Assembly: GCA_032718475.1 (NCBI GenBank) | Contig: JAUCBJ010006975.1 | Coordinates: 1-64,000, forward strand | Length of the DNA: 64,000 bases | Source of the DNA: Nemertoderma westbladi | Lineage: Eukaryota; Animalia; Xenacoelomorpha | Direction of reading: 5' to 3' | The notes under the pieces: model-generated | What the model was told of the DNA's origin: nothing | Database searches by the model: none | What the model saw: only the letters and a program-made list of their open reading frames with translations | Position numbers and translations under genes: made by a program | In this document: positions 12,001-23,485 of the stretch, in pieces | Layout of the letters: each line of letters begins with the position of its first letter | Numbering within the stretch: the stretch's first letter is position 1

Positions 12001-12814
12001 CCTCGACAAGGTGGAACATCCGATACCGATCGGGCCGGTGCTGAAGAATTACCCCGTCATCTACGAGGAGTCAATGAACTCAGTGTTGGTACAGGAGATA
12101 ATCCGATATAATAAATTACTATCGGCGATTCACTCTACTTTGAATGATCTACTCAAAGCCATCGTTGGTCTAGTCGTAATGAGTCAACCGTTAGAAGAAA
12201 TGTCCAACGACTTGTTCAATAACACAGTACCTGGTTTATGGGCCTCTAAAGCCTATCCCTCCTTGAAACCATTATCGGCGTGGGTAATCGATCTAGGATC
12301 ACGGATTCAGTTCATCCATACCTGGATCAAAGACGGGATTCCACCTGTATTCTGGATTTCCGGGTTCTTTTTCCCCCAGGCGTTCCTCACAGGTACCTTG
12401 CAGAATTATGCTCGAACCGAGGTCATCTCGATAGACACGATATCGTTTCGCTTTGAGATCTTGAAACTTCATTTTGATGCGATTGATAAGCGACCGAAGA
12501 ACGGCTGCTACATCCGGGGATTGTTTATGGAGGGAGCCCGTTGGTCGGCGGACTTACACACCATCGAGGAGTCGCGTGCCAAAGAGCTATACACTGAGTT
12601 TCCAGTCATTTGGCTAATTCCGGAGGCCAATAGGGAGAAACCAGAGAGTGGTCTCTACGATTGTCCCATTTACAAAACGCTCACGAGAGCCGGAACCTTG
12701 TCTACCACAGGGCACAGCACTAATTTTGTTCTTCCCGTGGAAATTCCAAGCAATAAACCTCAAAGTTATTGGATAAAGCGCGGCGTGGCGCTTATTTGCG
12801 CTTTGAACTATTAG
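6005..12814 (+). CDS. DNAH1: Axonemal inner-arm dynein heavy chain (DNAH1-like), terminal 6.8-kb exon (end of AAA2, AAA3, AAA4, stalk/MTBD, AAA5, AAA6, C-terminus)
   Basis: Acceptor TTTTTATTTAG|GAT at 6004/6005. P-loops GPTGTSKT and GVGGSGRQS; motifs WPLFIDPQGQA and ISLGQGQG. The C-terminus WIKRGVALICALNY* is typical of DNAH1 orthologues. Confidence 0.93.
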   Translation, partial: DLAVASPATVSRCGMVYLEPSNLGLKPLITCWLRMIPDVMLPHKDILQSLFDRFLVDSLGFIRDNCKEIVPSVDSNLTFSCTRVIDCFFAPFVPKEGDRPLPDAKLNRIPELLEPWFCFSLIWSVGATCDGDSRIKFSEWLRERMKSEGIALPFPPEGVVYDYRLDDAGISSPDDEDEDEEVGDKPVAWVNWMNNVKEPVITVDTKYNDIIVPTIDTVRGSHLLEMLVINKKQVLCVGPTGTSKTLTIADKLLKAMPPQFIAEFLTFSARTSANQTQDLLDGKLDKRRKGIFGPPLGKFFVFFIDDFNMPGVEVYGAQPPIELIRQYMDHSGWYDRRAIGSFRKLVDISFVCAMGPPGGGRNPITARLKRHFNYLSFTEMEDQSKVRILKVILDSWLTRCDGAGLFEIGTKLVHSAIEIYNTVVQQLLPTPAKSHYTFNLRDLSKVFQGILMGEPSAMLDVSDVCKLWYHESCRVFQDRLVNDDDRDWFDGVMRSNIEKAMGVKLEDIVQQHPLLYGDFMSPNSDTKKYLEISDHVKMARILNEYLDDYNQVNTARMKLVLFLDAMCHICRISRIIRQPLGNALLLGVGGSGRQSLTRLAAHVAEYDIFQIELSKNYGMNEWREDLKRMMLKAGLENQQIVFLFTDTQIKSESFLEDINNILNSGDVPNLFSLDELDQIYTKMKPLVQELGQQPTKTNLYSAYTKQVRSNVHTVLGMSPLGEVFRARLRQFPALVNCCTINWFSEWPDVALENVAETFLGEIPELEGDESILKGLNFMCMLIHQSVAKSSLDFFAQLSRHNYVTPTSYLELLGIFSKLLGLKKMEVKTARNRMKTGLDKLLSTADDVAKMQEELEVLKPMLAEAAAETEITMLQIEKDTVVAEDTRQVVEKEEASATEMAKAAQAIADDAQKDLDEALPALEAATAALKLLNKNDIVEVRAMQRPPAGVKLVIEAACILKKITPKKVAGEKLGTKVDDYWEPGKAMLQDPAKFLESLFKYDKDNIPDAVISKLTPYIESDDFQPAAIAKVSKACTSICQWARAMYKYHFVAKAVEPKRQALGEARAELAESQRLLAEAKASLAEVQEGLALLQAKFEECVAKKKDLEFKFTECEERLIRADKLINSLADEKERWAESVTSLTEKSERMVGNVLIAAGYVAYLGPFTGEFRLSLMTEWYNALEEQLVPHTDDCTLIATLGEPVRIRNWQIAGLPRDNLSVENGVIVQFTQRWPLFIDPQGQANKWVKNLEHDAGVDVIKLSDKDFLRSLENAVRFGKPCLLENIAEELDPALEPILLRQTFKQQGSTVIKLGDNVIPYHDDFKFYLTTKFPNPHYSPEISIKVTIVNFTLAPSGLEDQLLALVVAEERPDLEEAKNQLIVSNAKMKQDLKEIEDKILERLSSSEGSPVDDIDLIATLEASKIKSQEIKAKVVIAEETEKDIDSTRSKYIPVAVRTQILFFCVTDLCNVDPMYQYSLEWFISIFIGGIQNSERADTLEVRILNINEYFTFSLFSNVCRSLFEKHKLMFAFLMATRILMDEGLINMEEWRYLLSGGVVPEDDIGNPAPEWLSERSWGDILSLAVLPKFKSLALEFKGHVTGFKRVFDSTEPHREDYPGNWNTDLDSFQKILLLKCIRSDTLTNAMQDYVALQLGQRFIEPQTSDLHLVFKDSSTTTPLIFVLSAGTDPASDLYKFAEEMKFSKKLLAISLGQGQGVRAEALMKSAMERGKWVFFQNCHLSPSWMPSLERLIENIDPDKVHRDFRLWLTSMPSNKFPVSILQNSSKMTVEPPRGIKANLLKSYTSINDDFLISCEGRVSEFKSLVLSLCLFHGVTLERRKFGALGFNIPYEFTDGDLRICLSQLKMFLMEYSDIPFKVLTYTAGQINYGGRVTDDWDRRCIMNILDSFYNDNVFQDGFTYSPSGVYKQISTEIDHTGYMEYIRSLPINDTPEIFGLHDNANITFAQNETFALLGSLVMLQPRSGGGGGAKSRDEIIETQAKFILDKVEHPIPIGPVLKNYPVIYEESMNSVLVQEIIRYNKLLSAIHSTLNDLLKAIVGLVVMSQPLEEMSNDLFNNTVPGLWASKAYPSLKPLSAWVIDLGSRIQFIHTWIKDGIPPVFWISGFFFPQAFLTGTLQNYARTEVISIDTISFRFEILKLHFDAIDKRPKNGCYIRGLFMEGARWSADLHTIEESRAKELYTEFPVIWLIPEANREKPESGLYDCPIYKTLTRAGTLSTTGHSTNFVLPVEIPSNKPQSYWIKRGVALICALNY

Positions 12815-12957
12815 CATATTGATCGTTCTAGAAGGAGTAATTCTGCCATGACTTATAGAATACGTGATGTGATGATTGATGTCAGTGTCCGAAAATATAG
12901 TTTACAACGCCTTGGTTGTACTTTTTGTATAGTTATCTGTAAATATTTGTATATAAT

Positions 12958-12963
12958 AATAAA
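12958..12963 (+). terminator. Candidate polyadenylation signal of the dynein gene
   Basis: First AATAAA about 145 nt after the stop codon. Confidence 0.45.
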
Positions 12964-13561
12964 TTAATTGTATAATATTTGTTTATAAATAGGCCGGCTC
13001 ACTTATTAAATATTTATATAATTATTATCTGTATATCAAACTGTTTCTATTTTTATAACAATTAAACAAATGGTTACAAATCCAAGTTATAACATTCTAA
13101 AGTCATTTTCATTAATTAAATTTGAGGGTCAGCTTGATTACAAGATATTAATTAATTGTCAATTGTGTAAAGTATATATTTATCGTTGCTTCTTATGTTA
13201 AAGCTTTTACACAATGCGCTGGTTACTTGGAAAACTCTTTAAGAACTTTGTATTTTCTGAACTAATGTAAACTTACTCCCTACAGCGTTTATTCTAAGTA
13301 TATCACTTTCCCGTACATTCCCACAGAAACTCAGATGCTCAGATTACGAAATCACCACTCATTGGATACTATTCCCTTTGTTTACATCTTTCTGTATATT
13401 ATATTGTATATTTCTGATCTTTCAGTATACTTTCCCCCCTATGTCACCCCATAGCCTGAATTACCGGATCCATTGGTTACGGGTTGATGGCATGGTAACT
13501 GGTCCCTGATTGGGAGTTCTTGCATGTTCCATACGTTCTACAGCGTTCGATGTGATTCATG

Positions 13562-13920
13562 CCTTGTGGGGCGAGCGACGAAAATAAGCGAGCTTAGCAT
13601 ACAGGTAACACTAACTCAATCGGTGTGTCTGTTGCTCTGTTGTTCTGTTGATCTGTTGTTCTGTCGATCTGTTGTTCTGTTGATCTGTCGTTCTGTTGTT
13701 CTGTTAATCTGTATCTGATAACTGAGCCTCGTCCTGCGCGATGGCCCCACGAACGTGTTCTGTTGATCTGTCGATCTGTCGTTCTGTCGTGTCCAATTTT
13801 AAACGTTAATAACTCAGCCAAATGTTAATGAAATTGAACCAAACTTGGTACACATGTAGTCTGGCAAAAGTTTAGAAATTTTCCAAGTTGAATTTACGTG
13901 TGGCCTTCGAGAAGCTAAGA
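13562..13920. mobile_element. HINE/Helentron-like non-autonomous repeat with an internal CTGT/CTGTCGAT microsatellite
   Basis: GTGGGGCGAGCGACG start (also at 21370; partly inverted at ~18797 and ~35513), a microsatellite core, and an AAATTGAACCAAACTTGGTACACATG block (also ~21495). Confidence 0.5.
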
Positions 13921-14175
13921 TAATAGCAATTAATTAGTTAATTAAGTTGATTACGGTAAAAACTGCATTTTCAACCTGCCTGTTAAAGGAAATTAATTAT
14001 TTTACAGTATAAGATTTAAATAATTATACTTAAAAATTATACAGATGTAGTCCACATACCCCATTCTATTATAGTTTTTAATTAGTTCAAGTGATTTGTT
14101 TTAATAAATGTGTCTTTAATTGATCTAAACGTAATTAAAGCGGCACAATTATTGAGTACAAATTTAATCCTGCCC

Positions 14176-16045
14176 TACTACTACTACTACTAGGATCGGC
14201 ATGCTGCATTGCAGCTGCATTTTTAAGAATGCTGTGCCGGCTTATCGACAAAATTGCACCGCCACAACTCTCTATCACCCATGACATTTGCTAGATCATC
14301 CGCATCTTCAAGGCCAGTGTCCTATAAGATGCGTCTCAAGAAAGTCATGGGCTGTCCACCATGCTTATTCACTCCATGAGGCTGCCAAAGTAGAAGATTA
14401 TGCACTGGCTGGTCCTCACGGCGAAAGCAATGTCCTGCAAAGCGTAGGCGATTTTGTTCTAGTGTCAAGCTTGGGGGAACCAATGAGATTAATTCTCGTT
14501 GACTTCCAAATCCTGGAAAGCCTATTCAAGGCTGCCCATGCCTTTCCCTTATGTATTCTAAGGTCCACACCTGACTTCCGGATCCATGATCCCAGGTAAC
14601 AGAAGTCATCCACATGCTCAAGCATACCATCTTTTGAGCTTATGCTCATCCGATCAGAGACTTGCTGAGGACTTTCAAAGTTAACTGTCAAAATTTTGGT
14701 CTTTCAGGAGTTAATAAAAAGACCAACACTAGAAGCAGCATGTTCTAATGAGCTGAGGAACCGTTGGGCTCCCTCTAGTGATTTTGAGAGTACTCCTAAG
14801 TCATCAGCAAAGTCTAGATCAGTTAGGTACTTGGCAGGATTTCCTCGACTTCTGGAGCCAGTAGGTGGAGTTATCATCACCCCATCATCATTATGATGAT
14901 CTAAGGACATGCGTAGAACATAGTCAACAACAATTATGAACAAGAATGGTGCAAGTGTGTCTCCCTGGAGGACGCCCCATAACACTTCAAATGGTTCTGT
15001 GTCACCGTCAACAGTAGACACAAATGTTGTCGAACCATCGTATACTGATCTGATTGCTGCAATAATTTCATCAGGAATCCCATATAATGAAAGTATGCTG
15101 AACATACGTGAGCGAGAAACTGAATCAAAGGCCTTGAAGAAGTCAACAAAGATAACAGCCAGATGCCTGTCTTTCTTTTTTGATAACTCTTCAATTATCC
15201 TTCTAAGTGCCAAAATGGGCTCCATGGTCCCACGACCTTTACGGAACCCATTCTGATTTCCACGGAGCAGTCTCTCAATGGGATCCCTGATGCGATTTAA
15301 TAGAATTCTATTGTATAGCTTTGCAGCAATCGAGATCAATGAGATTCCCCGAAAAGAACCATAGAGTGTTAGGTTGCCATTCTTGGGAACTGGCACCAAC
15401 TTATTTGTTTTTATTTCTTGTGGGACTCTTGTTGTTCGGCACATGTCTACTATGATGGGATAGATGAGCTTTAAACACTCACGTATTTTAAAGACCTCAG
15501 GGGGAACACCATCTACTCCACTGGCACGATTGGTTTTAATGCTCTTTGCAGCAGCCTTCACTTCTGCAAAGGAGATATCACCAATGGGAATATCTGGGAG
15601 TGACTCAGACACTTTTACTTCTATAAAGTTATCAGGCAATACCCTGTCCTTCGAACCATTGAGGCGATCGGCTGGTGATTCAGCCTTAACCTTGGTGGTT
15701 GGTTGGCTTTTTCGACCAGCAAGCAAGTTGATCGATCTCCATGCCTGGGATGATTGCCTGCTGTCGTCAGCATCATTGATGGCATCAACCTGTTGGTTTA
15801 TTAGCTCCTGTAGATTAACAGAGTACTGCCTGGTCAGGGACCTAGATGCAGCCTTAACTGCCTTCTTGGCCGAGGTAGTCTGTTTGAGTCGGGACTCTTT
15901 CTGTGCCTTAAGGAGGTCATTATTCGGCACTTCTGAATTTTGTTGTCAGTCCAAGGGGTCCTTTTCCTGTTTCGAGGGTATACAGGAACTGTTTCTGCAG
16001 CTGCTAACTTTAACTGCTTCTGTGAAGTCTGTGAAGGCAGTGTGT
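14176..16045 (-). mobile_element. 5'-truncated, degenerate non-LTR retrotransposon (RTE-like LINE)
   Basis: RT ORF 14704-15930 (ASGVDG, FRGISL, QNGFR, FVDFFKAFDSV, GVLQGD.LAP.LF, FADD) with a stop and a deletion downstream. (TAG)n tail at 14176-14193. ATCCTGCCC is duplicated at 14167-14175 and 16046-16054. Confidence 0.88.
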
Positions 16046-16659
16046 ATCCTGCCCATTATTGGTTAACATAGTCTCTGCGGGGGTGTAGAGCTGCTAGCTG
16101 CTGGGAGTTGTTGGTGTAGCCTTGCCAGAGGCGAATTGTACTGTAATAGGCTGCCAGTAGTATTGCTATAGCAACCCAGACATAACTCCAACCATACACT
16201 GCCTGTATTTCAATTCCTATTGACTCTATACTATAAATGTTGTATTACTTACTATCTCAGGTGACAGAAGATATACTTACTGTTGTAGGCTTATATCTGA
16301 AATAGTTTATTCCGCAATATATTTGTCTGGTTATTTTTCAATTGAAATTTTGCAAAGTAGTAAAATTAATGTTCTTAAAAATAATATTATTATTTTATAT
16401 GTAACCTAGGAAACTAGCTACATTTTTTCGCTGCAGCTTTAAGAGTGTACATTGATTTAATATTATTTCAATACCCATATTACTACATCGGCATACGATG
16501 CGTTGGCGTTGTATCACACATCTCCACATAGATGTATCAGCAGTTACTCGCACAGTTTCGAAACTTCGCATATTTATAACTGTATAAAGATCGTCAGTCT
16601 TGGTTTAGGAAAAATATTTTATTGCAAAACAGGACGAGCGACGAGCGCAACGAGGCATA

Positions 16660-16955
16660 TAATGAAGACGAGTACTGTGTAGACTATATTCCTATTAACC
16701 ATACCTGGATTCGCCTATTGAAGGCATCGGTAGTCCGTCAGTCTGCGTTTAGGAAATACAGAAATATGTTTAAATACAAAACAGGAAGAGCACAACGACG
16801 TTTATAACAGTATAATAATGAATACGAGTACTGCCTACTGCGTTGATTATATTCCTATAAACCATACCTGGTTTCGCCTATTGAAGGCATCGGTAGTTAT
16901 AAAGTGCTGGTGGACCTGGTTTCGCCTATTGAAGGCATCGGTAGTTATAAAGTAC
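16660..16955. repeat. Local direct repeats (ACCTGG.TTCGCCTATTGAAGGCATCGGTAGT x3)
   Basis: Copies near 16703, 16866 and 16914. Confidence 0.75.
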
Positions 16956-17147
16956 TGGTGGGTGGGAAGGGTGGGGGGGGGGGGGGGGGGGGTGCAGATT
17001 AAAAGGGGTGAACACGTACTGTCCCCCTTTCTTTGATTGATTGGTGGTGTGGGTAAATTTCTCAAAACCTGATTTTGTGATACAGTCGCTCAATTTTAAT
17101 CTGTATCTGATAACTGAGCCTCGTCCTGCGCGATGGCCCCACGAACG

Positions 17148-17937
17148 TGTCGACTACTTGAGGCAAGAATATTCTTGCAACCCCTCAGTGTGAGTGTTTA
17201 TACACTTCCTGACTTGGCGCCCAGTAACACCAGCGGCCAGAGATTGTTGTAAATCACAATCAATTATCTCTCGTCCATTCTTGACTTTCTGACATCTGAC
17301 TGATGATTAAATGCCAAAAAATACTGCGATTTGTTACATATTAATTAATGCTATTAGTTGGAGAATACTTACGAATAACCGGTAGATCTCTTGGTTTTCA
17401 TGATTCATTGAGGTAAGCTGAGGGGAATACTATTCACAATTGCATAGTTCAAATAACAGTGGTTTGTATGAGTTTATGCTGTTTCATAGTCCCCAACGTA
17501 CGTGAGTTAAGTTCTCCTTATATGCGAGTAAAATTGGTGACAGTCGGCAATTGTGTTTCAGTACTATTGTCAGTTGTGTGAGTGCGAGCGAATAATTATA
17601 CATTCCTAAAGAATGTAAACATTGTAGTCTCATGTCCATCCCGTTGTAATTAGTATAAGTCATATCTCTGCGTGGTATTTAAAGCGCAGCACCTGAAAGG
17701 AACTGTTGGTATTTCACTGAAAATAAACATAGTTTTTGGAGATTATATAGTAGAGATCAATCGAATAATACAAAGTAGCGTATCCCACTCCCGCTGATAG
17801 AATCCAGTCTCCCACACTGTGGGTCATACGCCGCGCTAGACTGGCTTCTACTGTGTTCACATTTAGTATGGGCTGTCAGGCATTATAAGACACATAAATT
17901 AGCAGGTTAAACTGTTAAAGGTCTAAAAGCGCGAACA
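17148..17937 (+). mobile_element. Isolated LTR-like sequence related to 43550-44735
   Basis: About 500-600 bp of colinear similarity to ~44130-44735, ending exactly at AAAGGTCT.AAAGCGCGAACA in both copies. The 5' boundary (TGT at 17148) is uncertain and there is no clear TSD. Confidence 0.55.
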
Positions 17938-18586
17938 TCTTAGATTATCTAAGATCATAATCATACTTCATAATAATCATAATAGTTGTTTAGGTAATGT
18001 TAGAATACTTTATTTATTTTATTATTATTGTTTAAAAAACTTCCTCCATCGATTGTATTTTTGTTAAGTGCATATTACTTAAGTATTTATGCGTAGATAC
18101 CTCATTTAATTATCCACTAAAATATGCGTCATCAATATTAATGGGGCTGAAATATATACTATATACAGATACTCGTAGTCGTATGCATCAATTCAGATTG
18201 TGTATGCAATCCCTGACTATTGTGAGTGGCATTGGTAGGAACTATTATATGAGTCAGCTTGCAGCTTCTGAGAAATATTTCCTCTCAGCGGGGCATCTGT
18301 ATCTCCTAATGTCTCATTTGGAAGCAATATTTAATGATGCACAACTTGCAGCTACTCCAATACGATGCACCCCCATGCATTGCGCGGGTTTAATTAGACG
18401 TATTAATTATGCTGTGCCGAAGTGACGAAAAGTATTATTTATTGTATAAGAAAAAGTGCAAAACTCAATAGCCGAGGGTAGAATTACGGGAATTGAGTCC
18501 AACTGAAACTAGTGACAACGAACTCTTTCCAATACGTTTTTTTTTCTATTGAATGCATCACTTCATCGGGAAAATTTTTTTATAAT

Positions 18587-18733
18587 ACGGACGGACGGAC
18601 GGACGGACGGACGGACGGACGGACGGACGGACGGACGGACGGACGGACGGACGGACGGACGGACGGACGGACGGACGGACGGACGGACGGACGGACGGAC
18701 GGACGGACGGACGGACGGACGGACGGACGGACG
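18587..18733. repeat. (ACGG)n microsatellite, ~36 perfect units
   Basis: Directly visible; flanked by GCTCGCC HINE-like motifs. Confidence 0.97.
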
Positions 18734-21700
18734 CCGCATTAAATTTTGCCGTATTTACTAATTATAATTGTGCGCTAAGGCTCGCCCTGACTGCGTGGCT
18801 CGCCCCATAGGAAGTGGGGACTTCGGGAAATACTTTAGATTATTAATTTATGTAAAGTTTTCTTTCTAAATGCGTAATTTTCTTCGTGTGGCTCGCCTCA
18901 CACTCTCCCAGATACGCTTTTCGTGCTGCGCGAAGGTCCAAATCAACTTAAATCGGGTGCGACCCTTTGACTTTTCTCCTCAACGCACCGCAGCAAGTCG
19001 TGAAATAGAAATACGACTCCCTTATTTACATACACAGACATATCCATCATCATTTAAAATGAAAGTGAAAGTGAAATGCAGTATGTATAGCCTTCGGAGT
19101 TAGGGACTTGTGATTCTTCATATTATATGCTCTAGCCTATTATTCTATTTAAATATTTTCTTTTAAAATACTCCTGAGTATTTAAACTAATTAAAGTTAC
19201 TTTATATCGGAGAATAATTAACAATGTGAGGGTGGGGGGCATCTGGCATGGTGGTTTTAAATATTAATATTGAAATAATAATAGTTTAATAGGCATACAC
19301 TCTGATCAAATGCAGATGAAACAGCTGATGTTAAATCTCTATAAAATATAATGGCACGGGTTACTCCATGCAATCATTTGACAGTGCAGTAGTTAAATGT
19401 CCCGCCCACTGTGTTGAGCGTTTTCTCACTACAGTTACTCACTGAGGCGTGGGTGACGCCTGAGCTCTGCTTACTGCACTGCGGTTATCCCATGACTGTT
19501 GTTAGCTAATAGGAATGTACTGTTACATTCTCAGTCAATATACCACATGCCGCGAAACTAAAGACGGTAAATAATACAAAGCGTGTGTGTGTGTGTGTGC
19601 ATTAGGGGCAATATATCTTATATACAATAATATGCACAAGTAAATATTATGTGTAGGCCTAGCACTCATATGAAATGAAAGTCAGTAGGGCGTACATTAT
19701 GGCAAAGAAATATAGGCCTACTATAAAAAAAACCTTTTAAATAAATGTTACAACTTTTATTATATTTACGAAAATATGAATTTCGAAAATTGGAATTGAC
19801 ACATGTCTCCTTTTCGCTCCAAGCTACAGCCAACACCCATCAATCAGCCACGTCTCAAATCACAAGGTGATACGATAATGTAATAATAGCCGTATATGTA
19901 TACTGTCTACGTAAGCTGGAAGGATAATTGTGTTACCACAAGCTGCTATTGTTAGGCCTAGGCCTACTGCTCAGCATACATTTAGTACACACGTCGTGAG
20001 GCCTTCGCGCAGCACGAGAGTCTAAGGACGTGTACTAATCTCTATTAGATATATGCGAAAACCGTCATTTCCCAAATATCAATGAATGATGCTTTCAGTT
20101 TGCGTTAAACTGGTTGTAAAAACAGAGGTCCATTTCAGTTTGACTTTACACGCTTTAACTGCCATTTGTAAACCTACTGACTTGGGCTATTTAAGTTAAG
20201 GATGACATTTTCAGTTTTACAATACTCGTCCCTTTCATTTGCATCGCTGCGCTCGTCCTGTTTTTTTTCTCAAAATTTTTTTTCTTAAATTCAGACTGAC
20301 GACCTTTATAACTATGCAAAGTCTCGAAACGTTGGGAGTAACCGCTGATTTATGGCAGATGGATATTCGTATCCACCGCAAAACTAGTTGCGTTCGTCCT
20401 GTACAACCTGGTCACAATTACGTATACCTTACAACATGCCATATCAGTGGATTAAATGACATATCGTCCAATATGCTAAACCATGTGTTTTACGAGTATT
20501 GTCAAAACAATACTCGTTATTAGGAGTATAGTAAACACAGACTCGTCTTCATTACAACCCTCGTTGCACTCGTCCTGTACATCTGTCAAAATGTCATATC
20601 GTCCCATAAGCAGGGTACAGCAAGTTACATGCAAGTGGCATGTTAATTTAACCAGAACAATAAACAAAAGTCAATGGAACAGGGCTTTCCCCTTTATAGG
20701 AATTAATTTTGATTTATTTTTGATCCTCCTATCTGGAAACTGGAAAAATGCAGTCTAGTTTCCGACTAAACATTTACAGTGAAGTGGTCTCAATTATATG
20801 GACAGATACAAAAGAGGCAGGCCTTAATAGACCGAATTTAAGAGCTCATAAATTTAGCTGTACTAGTAAAGCGCCAAATGAATTAGCAAGTTACAAGGAA
20901 TTAAATATTAATCACATCCGCTTGCCCCTCCTGGCGAGAATCCAATTATATACACGAACATCGCTTCACAATTTCATCTTAATCGATCAATTTCCAGTAC
21001 AGGTTATTGTGTGGCGAGTTGGGCGTGGCTATTTGTTAATTTGATCACTAATCGAGAATCAACCTACCCAACCTGTGAGTTAACTTTATTGACCGACGAC
21101 AAGAGACAGTACCTCTATTTCACTGAAAGAATAGGTTGTGTAGGTCCTACTATAAAATAATAGTCACCGCAAATAGACATACGACCTTCCTATTATCCAA
21201 TCCTCCCAGCTAAAAAAATAGGAGAAAAAATTGAAAAATCTTTGAAAAAAAAGATAATTCACTTGTTATTATGTGGAAAAAAGTAGCGCTTTTTCACGCA
21301 GATCTTGAGAAGTTTAATTTGCCAAGGGAATACAATATAATTTAATGTTAAATATTGAACGTGATTTGTGTGGGGCGAGCGACGTAGTAAGAGAGCATAA
21401 GCATAGCATCGGGTATCGTTGGTTCAACCGTTGATTGTCTATGTGTCGGTCTGACTGGCGCCTAACGATAGAAGGTTAAAGTCATTATTCGATGAAATTA
21501 AACCAAATTCGGTACACATGTGGCCTCTCTCTTTGGAATATAATTTACGTGGCCCGGGACTCTGCAGTGCTCCAGTCTCCCGCAAGAGCTCTGAACTATT
21601 CTGGGTGGTACAGTAGAAGGCACCCCCATAATCACACTATAGATACCATGACCTATCTACATTGTATTATGTGATGGTACCCGGATGCTACGACATGATT

Positions 21701-23485
21701 TACGGTGGCTGAATTGCGTTAAGTTACAAAAATAAATTTGAGTAATAATAATTTATGGTCGACCATAAATAAATTAATAAGAATTACAGGGATATAAAAA
21801 TAAAAAATGAGAGATACGGGGTTTTGCCATTCGTGTATTAGCCAATAATTCAAAAATTAGCAACCCCCAGGGTCCATGTGAAGTATACCAGATAATACGT
21901 TGTTATATTTCACTTTACTGTTTACCCCCATGTGAAGAATACCAGGTTTTCGCTAACAACCCAAGTTAAGAAGGGCTGAATCTAAACAAAACAATAAACC
22001 GATTAGAATTTTTACGGGTAATAAGAAACAAATAAACGCTATAAAACCAAAAAAATTGATTCTTCATATATAAATTTCTATAAAATTTAGACCGAAAAGT
22101 GAAAACATGGTATTCTTTACATGGGCGACCCCCTGCCAGGGTATTGTAATCTAAAGTCACTACTTTTAATTATGAAGCCCTTTACTAACCTGCTTAATCT
22201 TACAACCTTACAACAGTACCGTACAAAAATGCAATAATATTTCTGTGTTTGTTCTCTGTTGATTAGGATGTGGTAATTTATTACAGAAAATAAAGTTTAA
22301 AGTAAAATAAAGTTTGGAAAAATATTTATAAACAATCTCTTAGAAAACTGTAATTGTTTTACTGTAATTGTGAGATTCAAAATTCCCTAATTTAAAACTT
22401 CCAACCAATAATGATAGGTTTGTTTCCGTTAATTTATGTTCGACCATCAAATAAATGAGTTATGGACGTCCATGAATTACTCTTTTTTTTTTTTTTTTTA
22501 ATTGGCAATTAATTATTGAATACGCTTGGGACCAAAACTAATAATAATGATAGTAAACAGAACCACAGAGAGAGCGAAAGACATTGTGACAAACTACAGT
22601 ATACCTCAATTATACTAATAACATAGGAAACAATGAAAAGTGAGCAGCCTAAAGGGAAATTAAAAAAGCGATAATAAATACTACTAAATTTTTTAAATAA
22701 AAAGTAAACCAATTTGCATATAATATGGTAATGAAACTTCCAGAATTTCCTGTTTTCGATCCTCCACCAATTAGGCCTTATATTTTAATAATTAGGGCCG
22801 TTACTTCTGGTCCAGTCGTTGGAAGTTACAATGGAACGATGTATTATTGGATCCATTCCACCTCATTGTAATGACGCCGCAAATCGGGTGGGTTGGTCGT
22901 AATGATTGGGTGGGTGGCGGGGATAGTTCCGGTGGTATCCCAACTCAGTAGGTTAGCCAAAGGTTATTAAATATAGGCGTAATTGTAGTCCCAGGAGGAT
23001 AGCTTAGTTGGAAGAAAATTACAATAACCGGCAATGCGATTTGGAGAAACATTAAAAACCGGAACGTTTCGTAAAATTACTATATACCATATCTTCACAC
23101 ATCAGCTCAAAATAACAGTAGGGCCTAGCCTAAAAATTACATATGGTACAGTAATTACAGTTACAGTAATAAATATAAATTGGATACTGAAAAGTGAAAC
23201 ATAATTATGATTAATTACTAAGATAGCGAATTAAGGCGACATGTGAGAATCATAGTGAAAAACCGAGACAGAAGTATGGAGCATAACAAAGGTAAATATT
23301 ACAAAATTATTTCAATGTTCCGGTCTCATACAATGTTTTTCCAAATTGCACAAACCATTCCAATTTGCTTCTAAGCCTAAATATTGGTAATGTGGTGTGT
23401 ATAGAAGCTTGGAATAGTATACTAGCTACTGGCACCAGAAGTCGAGGAAATACAACCAAAAACCTGATGAAGATGAACCTGATGT

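Noticed and set aside
6040-12817. Many short overlapping or antisense ORFs within the dynein exon
   Set aside because: Shadow frames of a long CDS with no independent motifs.
18512-18761. ORFs encoding (RTDG)n
   Set aside because: Translation of an (ACGG)n microsatellite.
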